Of a DNA stretch of 64,000 bases, positions 18,277-28,175 are shown in pieces (position 1 is the first letter of the stretch; every line of letters begins with the position of its first letter). This DNA comes from an uncultured Gammaproteobacteria bacterium. Its GTDB lineage: Bacteria > Patescibacteriota > Microgenomatia > Daviesbacterales > UBA10151. The notes under the pieces are model-generated. The model made no database searches, was not told where the DNA came from, and saw only the letters and a program-made list of their open reading frames with translations. Position numbers and translations under genes: made by a program. The stretch covers positions 71,184 through 135,183 of the forward strand of contig CAYMRP010000004.1 in the NCBI GenBank assembly GCA_964392925.1, in the 5' to 3' direction.

Positions 18277-18840
18277 ATGGGAAAAACGATATCAATCATC
18301 TTACGAGTCTTTAAAAAAACACAAGCCAAAATATATACCAGATTTTGGAAACTATTTCTAAAATCCTTAGGGAAATACAGTGTTCTATATCCTGGGAGCA
18401 CCTTTGCCGGGGCATGTAATATCCAAATAGGTCATCACGTATTTATTCATCAGGGAGCACATTTATATACTGGCGGCAGCAAAATTACCATTGGGAACTA
18501 CGTACTCATTGGTAGAAACTGCTCAATTATCGCCGCCAACAGAGACTATGCGAATTGGACTCGGCCTATTTATTTTGGTACAGAATATGTGAAAAAACCT
18601 GTAGTTATAAAAGATGATGTTTGGATTGGTGAACGGGTAATTATTACCGCTGGTGTGACCGTTGGGCGAGGAGTTGTAATAGGTGCGGGTTCAATCGTAA
18701 CAAAAGATGTACCTGATTTCGCTATTGTTGCTGGTGTTCCTGCCAAGTTAATTAAATATCGATTTGATAAAAAAACTATTCAGCGAGCGATGCGGATAGA
18801 CTTGTCCAAATTCAAAGATATCAAAAAGGAGAAAAAATAA
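18277..18840 (+). CDS. Hexapeptide-repeat sugar O-acetyltransferase (left-handed beta-helix)
   Basis: IGERVIITAGVTVGRGVVIGAGSIVTKDVPDFAIVAGVPAKLI, as in the WbbJ/Mac-type family. Confidence 0.7.
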   Translation: MGKTISIILRVFKKTQAKIYTRFWKLFLKSLGKYSVLYPGSTFAGACNIQIGHHVFIHQGAHLYTGGSKITIGNYVLIGRNCSIIAANRDYANWTRPIYFGTEYVKKPVVIKDDVWIGERVIITAGVTVGRGVVIGAGSIVTKDVPDFAIVAGVPAKLIKYRFDKKTIQRAMRIDLSKFKDIKKEKK

Positions 18841-20198
18841 TGTCCGGAATAATTACTAGAATTTCTACTTTGGCTTCCAAAAACAAACTTATAACTACAG
18901 CTGGATTATTTGTGGCAGCCTCGATGTTGGCAAATATATTCAATTGGCTTTTAAGTATCCTAGCCGGCCGGGTTTTAGATACAGATGAATTTGCAGTCTA
19001 CGCTGTTTTTGTAAGCATATTAGGCATTCTGTCTGTTCCCTCAAACGCTTTAGCAACAACAATCAGCAGATACTATGCTTATTATTCGGGAAAAGAGAGC
19101 AGTTCAGATATTAAAGCTTTGATTAACTATTATAAAAAAGTAGCGCTGATTTTAGGAGTTCTTGGTGTCCTTATAGTCTATTTCACAAACGACTATATCA
19201 GAGCTTTTTTAAAGCTACCATCAGATAGCATGGTCGTTGGGTTTGCACCCGTTGCTTTCTTTCTTTTTACGGCGGCTTACTTCAGAGGAATTTTAAAAGG
19301 AAAACTAAAATTCGGCATAGTTGGACTGATGATGATAGTAGAAACATTTACTAAGCTGATACTTTTATTCTCCGGATACATGTTAAACCTTCCTGTTCTC
19401 GTAATAGCCATCATTTCCTTACCACTTTCTTGGTCGCTTGCATCTCTGATCGGGTTTTTAGCTACTTTTGAAAACGATGATAAGACTAGAATCACAAAGA
19501 AAACAGGAACCTTAGAATTTTCAAAATTAGATAGTCATTTTTTTATGACAAACGCTTTTTTTGCTAGTGTTGGTATGATGCTAATGAATAGTGTCGATAT
19601 TTTGCTAGTAAAACATTATTTTTCCGATTTTGAAGCTGGAACTTATGCTCTATTAAGCCTTTTCGGGAAAATTCTTTACTTTGGAGGTGGAAGCTTCATA
19701 GAATTATTTGTTCCACTCACCGCTAAGTCACATGCGAAAAATTCTAACAGTAGAAATCAATTTTTTAAACTTCTCGTATTGGTATCATCAGTAGCGATCC
19801 CCACACTAATTCTATTTCTTTCATTCCCAAACTTCACAACATACCTATTCTTAAAGGATAAAGGCTACCTAGTAATTCCGTATTTGGCACCTTATCTTAT
19901 TGCAACAACATTCCTGCTTTATACCAATTGTTTTAATGCATATAACACGGCTAAAAAACATTTCATCTCGACATACCTGATAACTGCGATGGCATTAGTC
20001 CAGGGAGCTTTGATTATGATATGGCACAAATCGCTTACTGATATTGTAAACATTGTTCTTTTCACTCAAGTTGTACTTTTTGTACTAGTTCTGTTTTATG
20101 AATTTTTTATATCTCCAAAACACTCTGAAGAAAAATCAACTTCGTCACTATGGACAAAATGGTCTCCAATTTGGGAAAGGACTAACAACAATGTCTAA
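18840..20198 (+). CDS. Polysaccharide biosynthesis protein / Wzx-like MOP flippase
   Basis: About 12 predicted TM helices, ~450 aa, located in the glycan locus. Start is coupled to the upstream stop. Confidence 0.55.
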   Translation: MSGIITRISTLASKNKLITTAGLFVAASMLANIFNWLLSILAGRVLDTDEFAVYAVFVSILGILSVPSNALATTISRYYAYYSGKESSSDIKALINYYKKVALILGVLGVLIVYFTNDYIRAFLKLPSDSMVVGFAPVAFFLFTAAYFRGILKGKLKFGIVGLMMIVETFTKLILLFSGYMLNLPVLVIAIISLPLSWSLASLIGFLATFENDDKTRITKKTGTLEFSKLDSHFFMTNAFFASVGMMLMNSVDILLVKHYFSDFEAGTYALLSLFGKILYFGGGSFIELFVPLTAKSHAKNSNSRNQFFKLLVLVSSVAIPTLILFLSFPNFTTYLFLKDKGYLVIPYLAPYLIATTFLLYTNCFNAYNTAKKHFISTYLITAMALVQGALIMIWHKSLTDIVNIVLFTQVVLFVLVLFYEFFISPKHSEEKSTSSLWTKWSPIWERTNNNV

Positions 20199-21195
20199 AA
20201 CTTTATTAGTACAACAGCAACAGCTCCACTTTTTCTTGGTGATGCTTATGTCGTTATTCAGAAAAAAACAAACAGCCATCTCGCCTCTCCCAGCTTTAGT
20301 AAATGGCTTCGCTCTAGAGAGGGAGCTAAATTCAGGTGAGTTAATAAAGCCTCACAGAATAGGAATATACAAAAATGATCGCGGACAAAAAGGTGTAGTT
20401 AAATGGTGGAGTGGAAACAAAAAAACATTTGCAGCTATATCATTAGAGAATGAACTTTCAATGGCCAAATTATTAGAGAAATTAAACCATCGGACAATTA
20501 AAAATCAAAAACCAAATTTGACTCAAATTGGAAGTGCACATGTTATCACAAGTAGAGTAAATGAAAAAACAGTTTTTATAATGTCTGAATTTCATGAGGG
20601 AAAACTTCTTAGAGAAGTAGCAAAGGCGATCCAGATTAAAGAGTATAAACGGGCACTAAACTATTTAAGTAGTCTATCTGGCAATTTAACCCAAATTGAA
20701 ATTGACGCGCTTCCCAAGAGAACATATATTGATTACCTATTGCTTTACCCAGCTTTGTTAAGTGTCTCTATTCTAAGACAACCGAGATATTTTTGGACAT
20801 TTATAAAAGGCCTGCCCCCAGTACTTTTCTCACTTACAAAAATTAGAAAACATCCTTTAACCATAGTGCATCGAGATCTTCACACAATGAATATTATCTA
20901 TTCTCCATCTCGCACAACCATCATCGATCTACAGCGTGCTGTTCTAACTTACGGGTTATATGAGCTGGTAACAACTTTAGCAGTTGAATGGGACAACAAG
21001 GAATTACGTCAGGCGATTCTAGATTATATTTACTCATCATATTCGAATTCTTTAACTATCTTTAGAGGACTAATGATTTATTTTGCAACTCATGCTCTGA
21101 CTGCCAATAACTTGCCGGAGTATTATCTTAGCCGCTACAAAGCAATGCTTAACTTCGCGGTCTATAAATATTCCAACTATTATTTAAAAACATGA
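20191..21195 (+). CDS. Kinase-like phosphotransferase (APH/choline-kinase fold)
   Basis: Catalytic-loop-like HRDLHTMNII followed by IIDLQ (compare HGDLHxxN...IDxE of APH/ChoK). The ATG at 20191 overlaps the upstream stop by 8 nt. Confidence 0.45.
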   Translation: MSKTLLVQQQQLHFFLVMLMSLFRKKQTAISPLPALVNGFALERELNSGELIKPHRIGIYKNDRGQKGVVKWWSGNKKTFAAISLENELSMAKLLEKLNHRTIKNQKPNLTQIGSAHVITSRVNEKTVFIMSEFHEGKLLREVAKAIQIKEYKRALNYLSSLSGNLTQIEIDALPKRTYIDYLLLYPALLSVSILRQPRYFWTFIKGLPPVLFSLTKIRKHPLTIVHRDLHTMNIIYSPSRTTIIDLQRAVLTYGLYELVTTLAVEWDNKELRQAILDYIYSSYSNSLTIFRGLMIYFATHALTANNLPEYYLSRYKAMLNFAVYKYSNYYLKT

Positions 21196-22097
21196 AAACA
21201 AAAAAAACATTAACTATTTGTATACCCGCATTTAATGAGGCAGAAAATCTAAAAAAACTGCTTCCATCCCTACTCGCTCAAAAAAGGTCAACTTACATTC
21301 TTTCTAAAATAATAGTAGCCTCTGATGCAAGCACTGACACTATATATAATGTGGTAAAGAAAATAGGAAGCAAAAAAATAAATGTTATACATGGAAAGGA
21401 GAGAAAAGGTGTCGCTTATCGTCAAAATCAATTATTAGAAAAATCGACCTCTGATATTGTAGTTCTTCTTAATGCTGACATCGCTGTTATCGATTTCAGA
21501 TATATTGAGAAATTAGTTGCTCCAATTATAAAAAATAAAGCCGATATGACTTCATCAGCTCTCATGGAAACAAGTCCCCGCACTTTTTTCGAAAAAGCCC
21601 TATATACCAGCATGCAAGCAAAAAAATATGCTTTCAATAAATTCAAAGACGGAAATAATGTCTATACCTGTCGCGGACCTGCAAGAGCTTTTAGTAAAAA
21701 TCTCTATAAAATAATTCGTTTCCCTTCTGGTATCGGGGAGGATGCATACTCCTACCTTTTTACAATCAAACGAGGCATGCGATTTATCGCTGTTAAAAAC
21801 GCTACAGTCTACTATTCCTTGCCCACAACCTTTAAAGATCACAAAAGACAAAGCCTGCGTTACCTGAGTTCTAAATCAAATTTTACTTCCAAATTTGGCG
21901 AAAAGTTTGTCAAAGATGAATACAACCTTCCCCTAAAATATATATTGGAAGCAGCTCTGTTCTACTCAATGTCGAATCCTATCTATATGCTTTGCTACTT
22001 CATGATCTTCATGCAAATAAATCTTAGATCTCTATTCAAAAACACCCAGAGTGAAACATGGGAGGTGGCAACAAGTTCAAAGTTGCTAAATGTATAA
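21192..22097 (+). CDS. Family 2 glycosyltransferase
   Basis: LTICIPAFNEAENL...VASDASTD GT-A N-terminus. ATGA overlap with the upstream gene. Confidence 0.65.
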   Translation: MKTKKTLTICIPAFNEAENLKKLLPSLLAQKRSTYILSKIIVASDASTDTIYNVVKKIGSKKINVIHGKERKGVAYRQNQLLEKSTSDIVVLLNADIAVIDFRYIEKLVAPIIKNKADMTSSALMETSPRTFFEKALYTSMQAKKYAFNKFKDGNNVYTCRGPARAFSKNLYKIIRFPSGIGEDAYSYLFTIKRGMRFIAVKNATVYYSLPTTFKDHKRQSLRYLSSKSNFTSKFGEKFVKDEYNLPLKYILEAALFYSMSNPIYMLCYFMIFMQINLRSLFKNTQSETWEVATSSKLLNV

Positions 22098-22905
22098 AAT
22101 GAAAACCAATCCAATATTTATCATTCGCCGTTATATATACAAAACTCTAAATCTGGTCGATCGCCTTTTTGACAACAATACTAAAGCATTTGTTCTTTGC
22201 TATCACGGAATTGACTCCAGTGACTGGAGGTTTAGTATTTCGCTTATCATGTTCAAAAAACAAATTAAGCATCTGAAAAATGAAGGCTACTCTTTCATAA
22301 CAACTAAAGACATATTGGAATATTGCCAAGGTAAAAAAATTCTACCTAAGCCTAGTGTTGCAATAACTTTCGATGATGGATACAAAAGCATGAAAATAGT
22401 CGCTAAATTTCTCAAAGAAGAAAAAATTGAACCAACCCTATTCCTCCTCTCTCAAACAGTAAAACCTAACTGGAAAGAAATTGGTAAAAAGGACAGTTTC
22501 TTAAATTTCTCTGAGATAAAATCCTTGGAAAGAAATGGCTGGTTAATGGGAAGTCACAGCAGCACACATGCTAACCTTTCAGAGCTATCAAAAGAAGAGT
22601 TGGTAAATGAAATCTCAAATTCTAAAAAAGTGTTAGAACAAAAGCTTAAGAAATCTATTTCAGATTTTGCATACCCAAGAGGTAAATACAATGATTCCGT
22701 ACTAAAGCAAGTAAAAAAAGCTGGATTTAAAGCGGGTTGGACTATGGACGATGGATTTTTGGGTCCACAAACAAACTTACTTCAAATACCCAGAATAGGA
22801 GTTGACAGAACCCATTCCTTAGAAGAGTTTAAAACGCTATTCAGCCCATCGGCAATATTAATGCGAAAACTTATAAAACAATCTCCCATAGGAGGATTAC
22901 TATGA
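22090..22905 (+). CDS. Polysaccharide deacetylase (CE4 / NodB homology domain)
   Basis: TFDDGYKS (motif 1), GSHSSTHANL (motif 2) and AYPRGKYN (motif 3). Confidence 0.7.
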   Translation: MYKMKTNPIFIIRRYIYKTLNLVDRLFDNNTKAFVLCYHGIDSSDWRFSISLIMFKKQIKHLKNEGYSFITTKDILEYCQGKKILPKPSVAITFDDGYKSMKIVAKFLKEEKIEPTLFLLSQTVKPNWKEIGKKDSFLNFSEIKSLERNGWLMGSHSSTHANLSELSKEELVNEISNSKKVLEQKLKKSISDFAYPRGKYNDSVLKQVKKAGFKAGWTMDDGFLGPQTNLLQIPRIGVDRTHSLEEFKTLFSPSAILMRKLIKQSPIGGLL

Positions 22906-24074
22906 AAAGTAAACAAATTGATGTTGTAGTGAAATATTTTCACCCTGTTGCGGCGGGTATAGAAACTAACATACTTAATACATATAGTGTGCTTGCCCAA
23001 ATGGGTTGGGATGTTCGTATTCACACATCTACAAACACTCACACGGGTAAGGACATACTTCCAAAATTCGAAATAATCAGAGGCTTAAAAGTATATCGCT
23101 ATAAACATCATTGGTATGGAATACAGCCTAATATAGACTATACGAAAACTTCTTTAGTTTGTATCCATAATTTTAATATCTTTCCTCATATTCAAATAAT
23201 GACTAAAGCGATACTGGGTAACCTAACGAAAACAAAGAAGTACGGGCTGGTCTTGACCCCTCACGGGGGTTACACTCCTGATTGGAACGTTTTTGGACCA
23301 ATATCAAAACAAATTAAGAAAATCTATCACAGAACCCTAGGTAAAATTCTTATTAATTTATCTTGTGATGCAATAAGAGCAGTCTCAGTATGGGAGAAAG
23401 ACCAAATAATTAGCCAGGGAGTTAATAAAGATATTATTCAAGTTATAACAAATGGGGTAGAGAATGAAGCATTTGTAGATTTAAATAAAGAAGCAAGTAA
23501 ACAGGTCAAGAATCTCGCTCACTCATTAGGCGACTATATAATCCAGGTTGGAAGAATATACCCAATTAAAAACTACGAAACGACAATTCGAGCTCTTAGT
23601 CTGATCCCAGGTAACCTAAAATATGCTATTACTGGAGCAGATTCAGAGAAATCCGGTTATTTTAATTCCCTCAAAAAATTAATTAAATCGTTGGGGCTTG
23701 AAGAAAGAGTTGTCTTCACGGGAGTCATTTCCGGGGTCGATAAATTCTATCTCATGAATAAAGCCCAGATGATGGTCCATATGGCACATTGGGAGAGTTT
23801 TTGTAATGTGGTTCACGAAGGAATGAGCCAAGGATTAGTCTGTATCGTGGCCAACAATACTGCACTTCCATATCTAATAAAAAATAATGTGAACGGATAC
23901 TGTGTTGAAACTTTTGACTATAAATCTTTAGCAAGCAAGATTGAATATGTCATAAAAAACAAAAACAAGAAAGAAATTATTCAAATCGAAAAGAATAATA
24001 AAAATATTGGTTCTCAGGAAACTTGGGGTGCAGTTGCTGAAAAAATGAATAACTTGTATCTAAAGCTAATATGA
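22902..24074 (+). CDS. Family 4 (GT-B) glycosyltransferase
   Basis: The C-terminal ESFCNVVHEGMSQGLVCIVANNTALPYLI block resembles the GT4 EX7E region. Confidence 0.6.
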   Translation: MKSKQIDVVVKYFHPVAAGIETNILNTYSVLAQMGWDVRIHTSTNTHTGKDILPKFEIIRGLKVYRYKHHWYGIQPNIDYTKTSLVCIHNFNIFPHIQIMTKAILGNLTKTKKYGLVLTPHGGYTPDWNVFGPISKQIKKIYHRTLGKILINLSCDAIRAVSVWEKDQIISQGVNKDIIQVITNGVENEAFVDLNKEASKQVKNLAHSLGDYIIQVGRIYPIKNYETTIRALSLIPGNLKYAITGADSEKSGYFNSLKKLIKSLGLEERVVFTGVISGVDKFYLMNKAQMMVHMAHWESFCNVVHEGMSQGLVCIVANNTALPYLIKNNVNGYCVETFDYKSLASKIEYVIKNKNKKEIIQIEKNNKNIGSQETWGAVAEKMNNLYLKLI

Positions 24075-24964
24075 AAAAGAAATTAAAAATATCAATCGCT
24101 ATACCTACTTACGAAGCCGGAGAAAGTCTTGTTGTCACACTCCGCTCTATCTACAATCAAACTTTTTATTCGGAAATAGATAAAATTTATGTGGCTATAG
24201 ATGGTAATAAGATAAAAAGCAAAATCATGAATAAAATAAAAAATCCAAAGCTGAGTCTACTTCACTATAAAAGAAGAGAAGGCCAAGCCCAAAGAATTAA
24301 TAATTTATTCAAAAAATCGAGTTCTGACATTTTGGTATTAACCAACGATGATATCTACTTAACCAATACCTTAGTCGAGGAAATTGTCCGCACTTATAAT
24401 GGTGACCTGATATTAGGAAATGTCCTAGGTATCAAGCCTCAGACATTCATTGAGAGACTCGTCTTGGTAGGAGCAAATATTAATAAAAGAGTCGCAGAAT
24501 CCTGGAATTCAGGCGACAATTATCTTTCCTGCAACGGCAGACTGATCATACTTTCTAAAAAATTATATAAAAGAATAGAGCTGCCGAAAACAATTTGGAA
24601 TAGTGATGCTTATATTTATTTCTATGCAAAAAAACTTAAATCTGAAGTTAATATCGGCAAAGAACTAAAAGCATATTTCAGAGCTCCTAGCAATCTTGAA
24701 GAGCATATTAAGCAGAGTGATAAGTTTCAAATGTCTCGGGAGGAAAATATGTCTTATTTTAAAGAGGATATATCTAAACAATACGACATACCTAAAGCTC
24801 TAAAATTTAAATCCCTCATTCTTGAATTCCTATTAAACCCAGTGATTACTTTTTGCTACGTACTTATTTATATCTATACAAGAACCCATAGAAAATACTA
24901 TAATATACAACATAAGGATTTTTGGGAAACTGATAAAACAACTAAGCAATTGAAAATATCATGA
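24071..24964 (+). CDS. Family 2 glycosyltransferase
   Basis: ISIAIPTYEAGESL...VAIDGNK GT-A N-terminus with a C-terminal TM helix. ATGA-coupled. Confidence 0.6.
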   Translation: MKKKLKISIAIPTYEAGESLVVTLRSIYNQTFYSEIDKIYVAIDGNKIKSKIMNKIKNPKLSLLHYKRREGQAQRINNLFKKSSSDILVLTNDDIYLTNTLVEEIVRTYNGDLILGNVLGIKPQTFIERLVLVGANINKRVAESWNSGDNYLSCNGRLIILSKKLYKRIELPKTIWNSDAYIYFYAKKLKSEVNIGKELKAYFRAPSNLEEHIKQSDKFQMSREENMSYFKEDISKQYDIPKALKFKSLILEFLLNPVITFCYVLIYIYTRTHRKYYNIQHKDFWETDKTTKQLKIS

Positions 24965-26511
24965 AAAAAATAATTACTTCAATACTATTAATAATCTTCA
25001 GTTTCGTAATTCTAACTCTTTCTATAAGGGGCATAGCTGGTAATCCTAGTGATGCTACCATTAACGAACCGTACTGGAAAGATAATGGTCCTTTAGAGCT
25101 CTCACCTGAAAGAGGTAAATTTGCTCTGACATATTCCTTCGTTGAGGATAATTCTGTTCATTTCTCGGTTCCAATAGCAAAATTCTCGACACCCGACTTA
25201 GGTTATAGTAAAGGTAATTATGTCTCACTTTTTGCACCAGGCGTAGCCTATATAACAATACCAGGATATATTATAGGTAAGGAATTTGGCTCTTCGCAAG
25301 TTGGCACTTATGCTGTAATAGCATTATTCGCGATAATGAACGCAGCCTTAATAAATTTAATCCTCCTAAGGCTTGGTGTAAGGAGTATTTTATCTGCTAT
25401 AAGTAGTATCATTTTTCTATTCGCGACACCGGCTTTCGCATATGCCGTATCTCTATATCAGCATCATATATCCACATTTATAATACTTCTAAGTGTATAT
25501 CTGCTGCAAAGATTTAAAGGAATTTGGCCACTGGTAATTATATGGTTTATCTTAGCCATATCTTTAGCAGTAGATAATCCAAATCTTTTTATGGTTTTCC
25601 CGATCGGGATATATGCATTAGGGCGAGTAGTTTACGCAAAAATTGATCAGAACAAGGTTAAGGTAGGAGTGAAGACATTAGCAGTTCTGACTTTAGTCAC
25701 TGCTTTAGTCCCTCTTTTACTTTTCGGGTGGTTCAACAAAATATCTTATGGCGACGCTATGAGACTTGGAGGTACTGTGGCATCGGTTAAAGAAATAGAT
25801 GAACAAGGTAAGCCAGCTGCTCCAAAAAATACAGGAACAACTAATGTTGCCCAGTTTATCAATCCTGATCAGCAAAAAAAGTCAGCTCTCAGATTCTTTA
25901 AGACCAGAAATATATTAAACGGCTTTTATATTCATTTTATTAGTCCTGACAGAGGCATTATATATTTTACACCGGTCATACTATTGGGTTTCATTGGAAT
26001 GTTTTATTTTTACAGGAAAGATTCGGGATTAACGTCTCTTCTTATTGCAATCATGGGAACAAATATCCTGCTGTATTCTATGTGGGGTGATGCATGGGGA
26101 GGATGGGCGTTTGGTTCGAGATATTTAGTACCTTCTTATGCAATACTCGCCATTTTCCTTGGTGTCGCCCTAAACAGGTTCCATCGGAATATTATATTTA
26201 TACTTGTGTTCTTATCTCTTTTTGTATATTCGGCAGCTATAAATACCGTAGGTGCTATTACTTCCAATAGAAATCCTCCTCAGGTTGAAGTTTTGGGTCT
26301 GGAGCAGCTAACAGGCAAACAAGAAAAATACACTTATGAAAGAAATTTTGACATGCTAGGCATTAATCAATCTAAATCTTTTGTATTTAATACTACAGTT
26401 AACAAATATTTCACTGCATGGGAATACTACTATTTCCTGACGGGGCTAATTATTCTCTCAGTGGCATTGCCATTAATTACACTTAACGCACTAGACTGGA
26501 GAAGAAAATGA
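24961..26511 (+). CDS. Polytopic membrane protein, putative GT-C fold glycosyltransferase (PMT/ArnT-like)
   Basis: About 11 TM helices and ~516 aa, inside the glycan locus. No soluble catalytic domain. ATGA-coupled. Confidence 0.4.
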   Translation: MKKIITSILLIIFSFVILTLSIRGIAGNPSDATINEPYWKDNGPLELSPERGKFALTYSFVEDNSVHFSVPIAKFSTPDLGYSKGNYVSLFAPGVAYITIPGYIIGKEFGSSQVGTYAVIALFAIMNAALINLILLRLGVRSILSAISSIIFLFATPAFAYAVSLYQHHISTFIILLSVYLLQRFKGIWPLVIIWFILAISLAVDNPNLFMVFPIGIYALGRVVYAKIDQNKVKVGVKTLAVLTLVTALVPLLLFGWFNKISYGDAMRLGGTVASVKEIDEQGKPAAPKNTGTTNVAQFINPDQQKKSALRFFKTRNILNGFYIHFISPDRGIIYFTPVILLGFIGMFYFYRKDSGLTSLLIAIMGTNILLYSMWGDAWGGWAFGSRYLVPSYAILAIFLGVALNRFHRNIIFILVFLSLFVYSAAINTVGAITSNRNPPQVEVLGLEQLTGKQEKYTYERNFDMLGINQSKSFVFNTTVNKYFTAWEYYYFLTGLIILSVALPLITLNALDWRRK

Positions 26512-28166
26512 TAAAAATAAATAAGTTAGCTGAAATAGAAATAGAGCTTAATGTCTCTTTACTAGACAAAATTAAAGATTTTTTCTCTAAGTATGGACTC
26601 TACTTCATAATTTTAATACTTTCAGGCATTTCCGTAGGCGGATTTCTATACTTTCTTGAAAACGGATTAGGGCTCGCATACAACGATGCCAGATCCCATT
26701 TAAATATTGGCCGAAGAGTAGTAGAAGGGTTAAAGCCAGGTTTCGCCCAAATTGGTAGTGTCTGGTTACCTCTACCTCACGTTCTAATGATTCCTACAAT
26801 CTGGAATGATTTTATGTGGCACACAGGTTTATCCGGTGCAATTGTCTCGATGTCCTCCTTTATTGGAACAGGTGTATTAGTCTATAAGTTCCTTCAAAAA
26901 CTAGGAGCAGGATTAATGGGTAGATGGATGGGAGTTCTTGTGCTGGTAGCAAACATTAATATTCTATATTTGCAATCTACCGCAATGACTGAACTATTAT
27001 TACTTTTCACAATGACCGCCGCAGCCTACGACCTAATGATCTGGCACCAATCAAGCAGAATTATTAATCTGGTTAAAGCCGCATTTTGGATAATGTTATC
27101 AACTCTCGTCAGATATGATGGTTGGTTCCTATTTTTCGTATCAGTTATTCTTATAGTCATTAATCTTATGCGGGTGGGTAGTTTTAAAATAAAGGATCTC
27201 CCTGCTAAATATTTCAAAATAGAGGGAGTCGTCATTGCTTTCTGTACGTTAGCAGGTCTTGGAGTTTTTCTATGGTTACTATGGAACCTATTAATTTTTA
27301 AAGATCCGTTTTTCTTTGCCTTTGGCCCATACTCAGCTCATGCCCAGCAACAGCAATTAGAAAGTGCGGGGGAGTTAATTACCAAACATGATTGGTTTCT
27401 TTCAGCTAAGTTTTATACATATGCTCTAGCCTATAATTCCGGAGCTTTCTCAGCACTTCTTGGGATATTTGGGTTAGTAGCTATTTGGTTCGATAAGAAG
27501 CTATTAACACCGGTAAAATTTGCAGTGTTTGCTTTAGTTGCACCACTTTTATTCAATATATTAGCATTATACCTTGGGCATTCAGTTCTATTTATCCAAG
27601 GACTTTCTGGTGATGTCTGGTTCAATGTCCGATACGGCATTATGATGATGCCATCAATAGCAATCTTTATTGGTTTTCTTATCGATAGGGTTAAGAATCT
27701 TAGAGCAGTCCTTATCGGGCTTTTACTACTTACGATTTTCTTCCAGTTCCAAAACTTTGATGCAGTTACTATTGATGATGCCAGAGTTGGATCTTCTCAG
27801 AAAAATGTCAGCGAAGTATCAGATTGGCTATCTCAAAATGCTAAAGATAGGGATGGGTTCATTTTAATCTCAGCAGCCTCACACGACGCTATTATTTTTT
27901 CATCTGGATTACCAATGAAAAAATTTATCCATGAAGGTACCGGCAGATATTGGGAATCCGCAACAACAAATCCTGAAAGATGGGCAAGATGGATTATTGC
28001 CAGAACTCATGACAATAACGATTCTACGTGGAGAGCTGTATCGCAAACTCCAGATATTAATAACTATATTCTTGTTAAGTCTTACCCGTTTGCAGATATC
28101 TACGAACTAAAGCCAGAGTTCCTCCCTAACCTCAATACAAAACCTATCTTAGGCAAGCAAAAGTAG
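26508..28166 (+). CDS. Polytopic membrane protein with a C-terminal extracytoplasmic domain, putative GT-C fold glycosyltransferase
   Basis: About 11 TM helices. YNDARSH in the first loop is a candidate DE/DD-type motif. C-terminal ~150-aa soluble domain. ATGA-coupled. Confidence 0.4.
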   Translation: MIKINKLAEIEIELNVSLLDKIKDFFSKYGLYFIILILSGISVGGFLYFLENGLGLAYNDARSHLNIGRRVVEGLKPGFAQIGSVWLPLPHVLMIPTIWNDFMWHTGLSGAIVSMSSFIGTGVLVYKFLQKLGAGLMGRWMGVLVLVANINILYLQSTAMTELLLLFTMTAAAYDLMIWHQSSRIINLVKAAFWIMLSTLVRYDGWFLFFVSVILIVINLMRVGSFKIKDLPAKYFKIEGVVIAFCTLAGLGVFLWLLWNLLIFKDPFFFAFGPYSAHAQQQQLESAGELITKHDWFLSAKFYTYALAYNSGAFSALLGIFGLVAIWFDKKLLTPVKFAVFALVAPLLFNILALYLGHSVLFIQGLSGDVWFNVRYGIMMMPSIAIFIGFLIDRVKNLRAVLIGLLLLTIFFQFQNFDAVTIDDARVGSSQKNVSEVSDWLSQNAKDRDGFILISAASHDAIIFSSGLPMKKFIHEGTGRYWESATTNPERWARWIIARTHDNNDSTWRAVSQTPDINNYILVKSYPFADIYELKPEFLPNLNTKPILGKQK

Positions 28167-28175
28167 TATTCTAAT

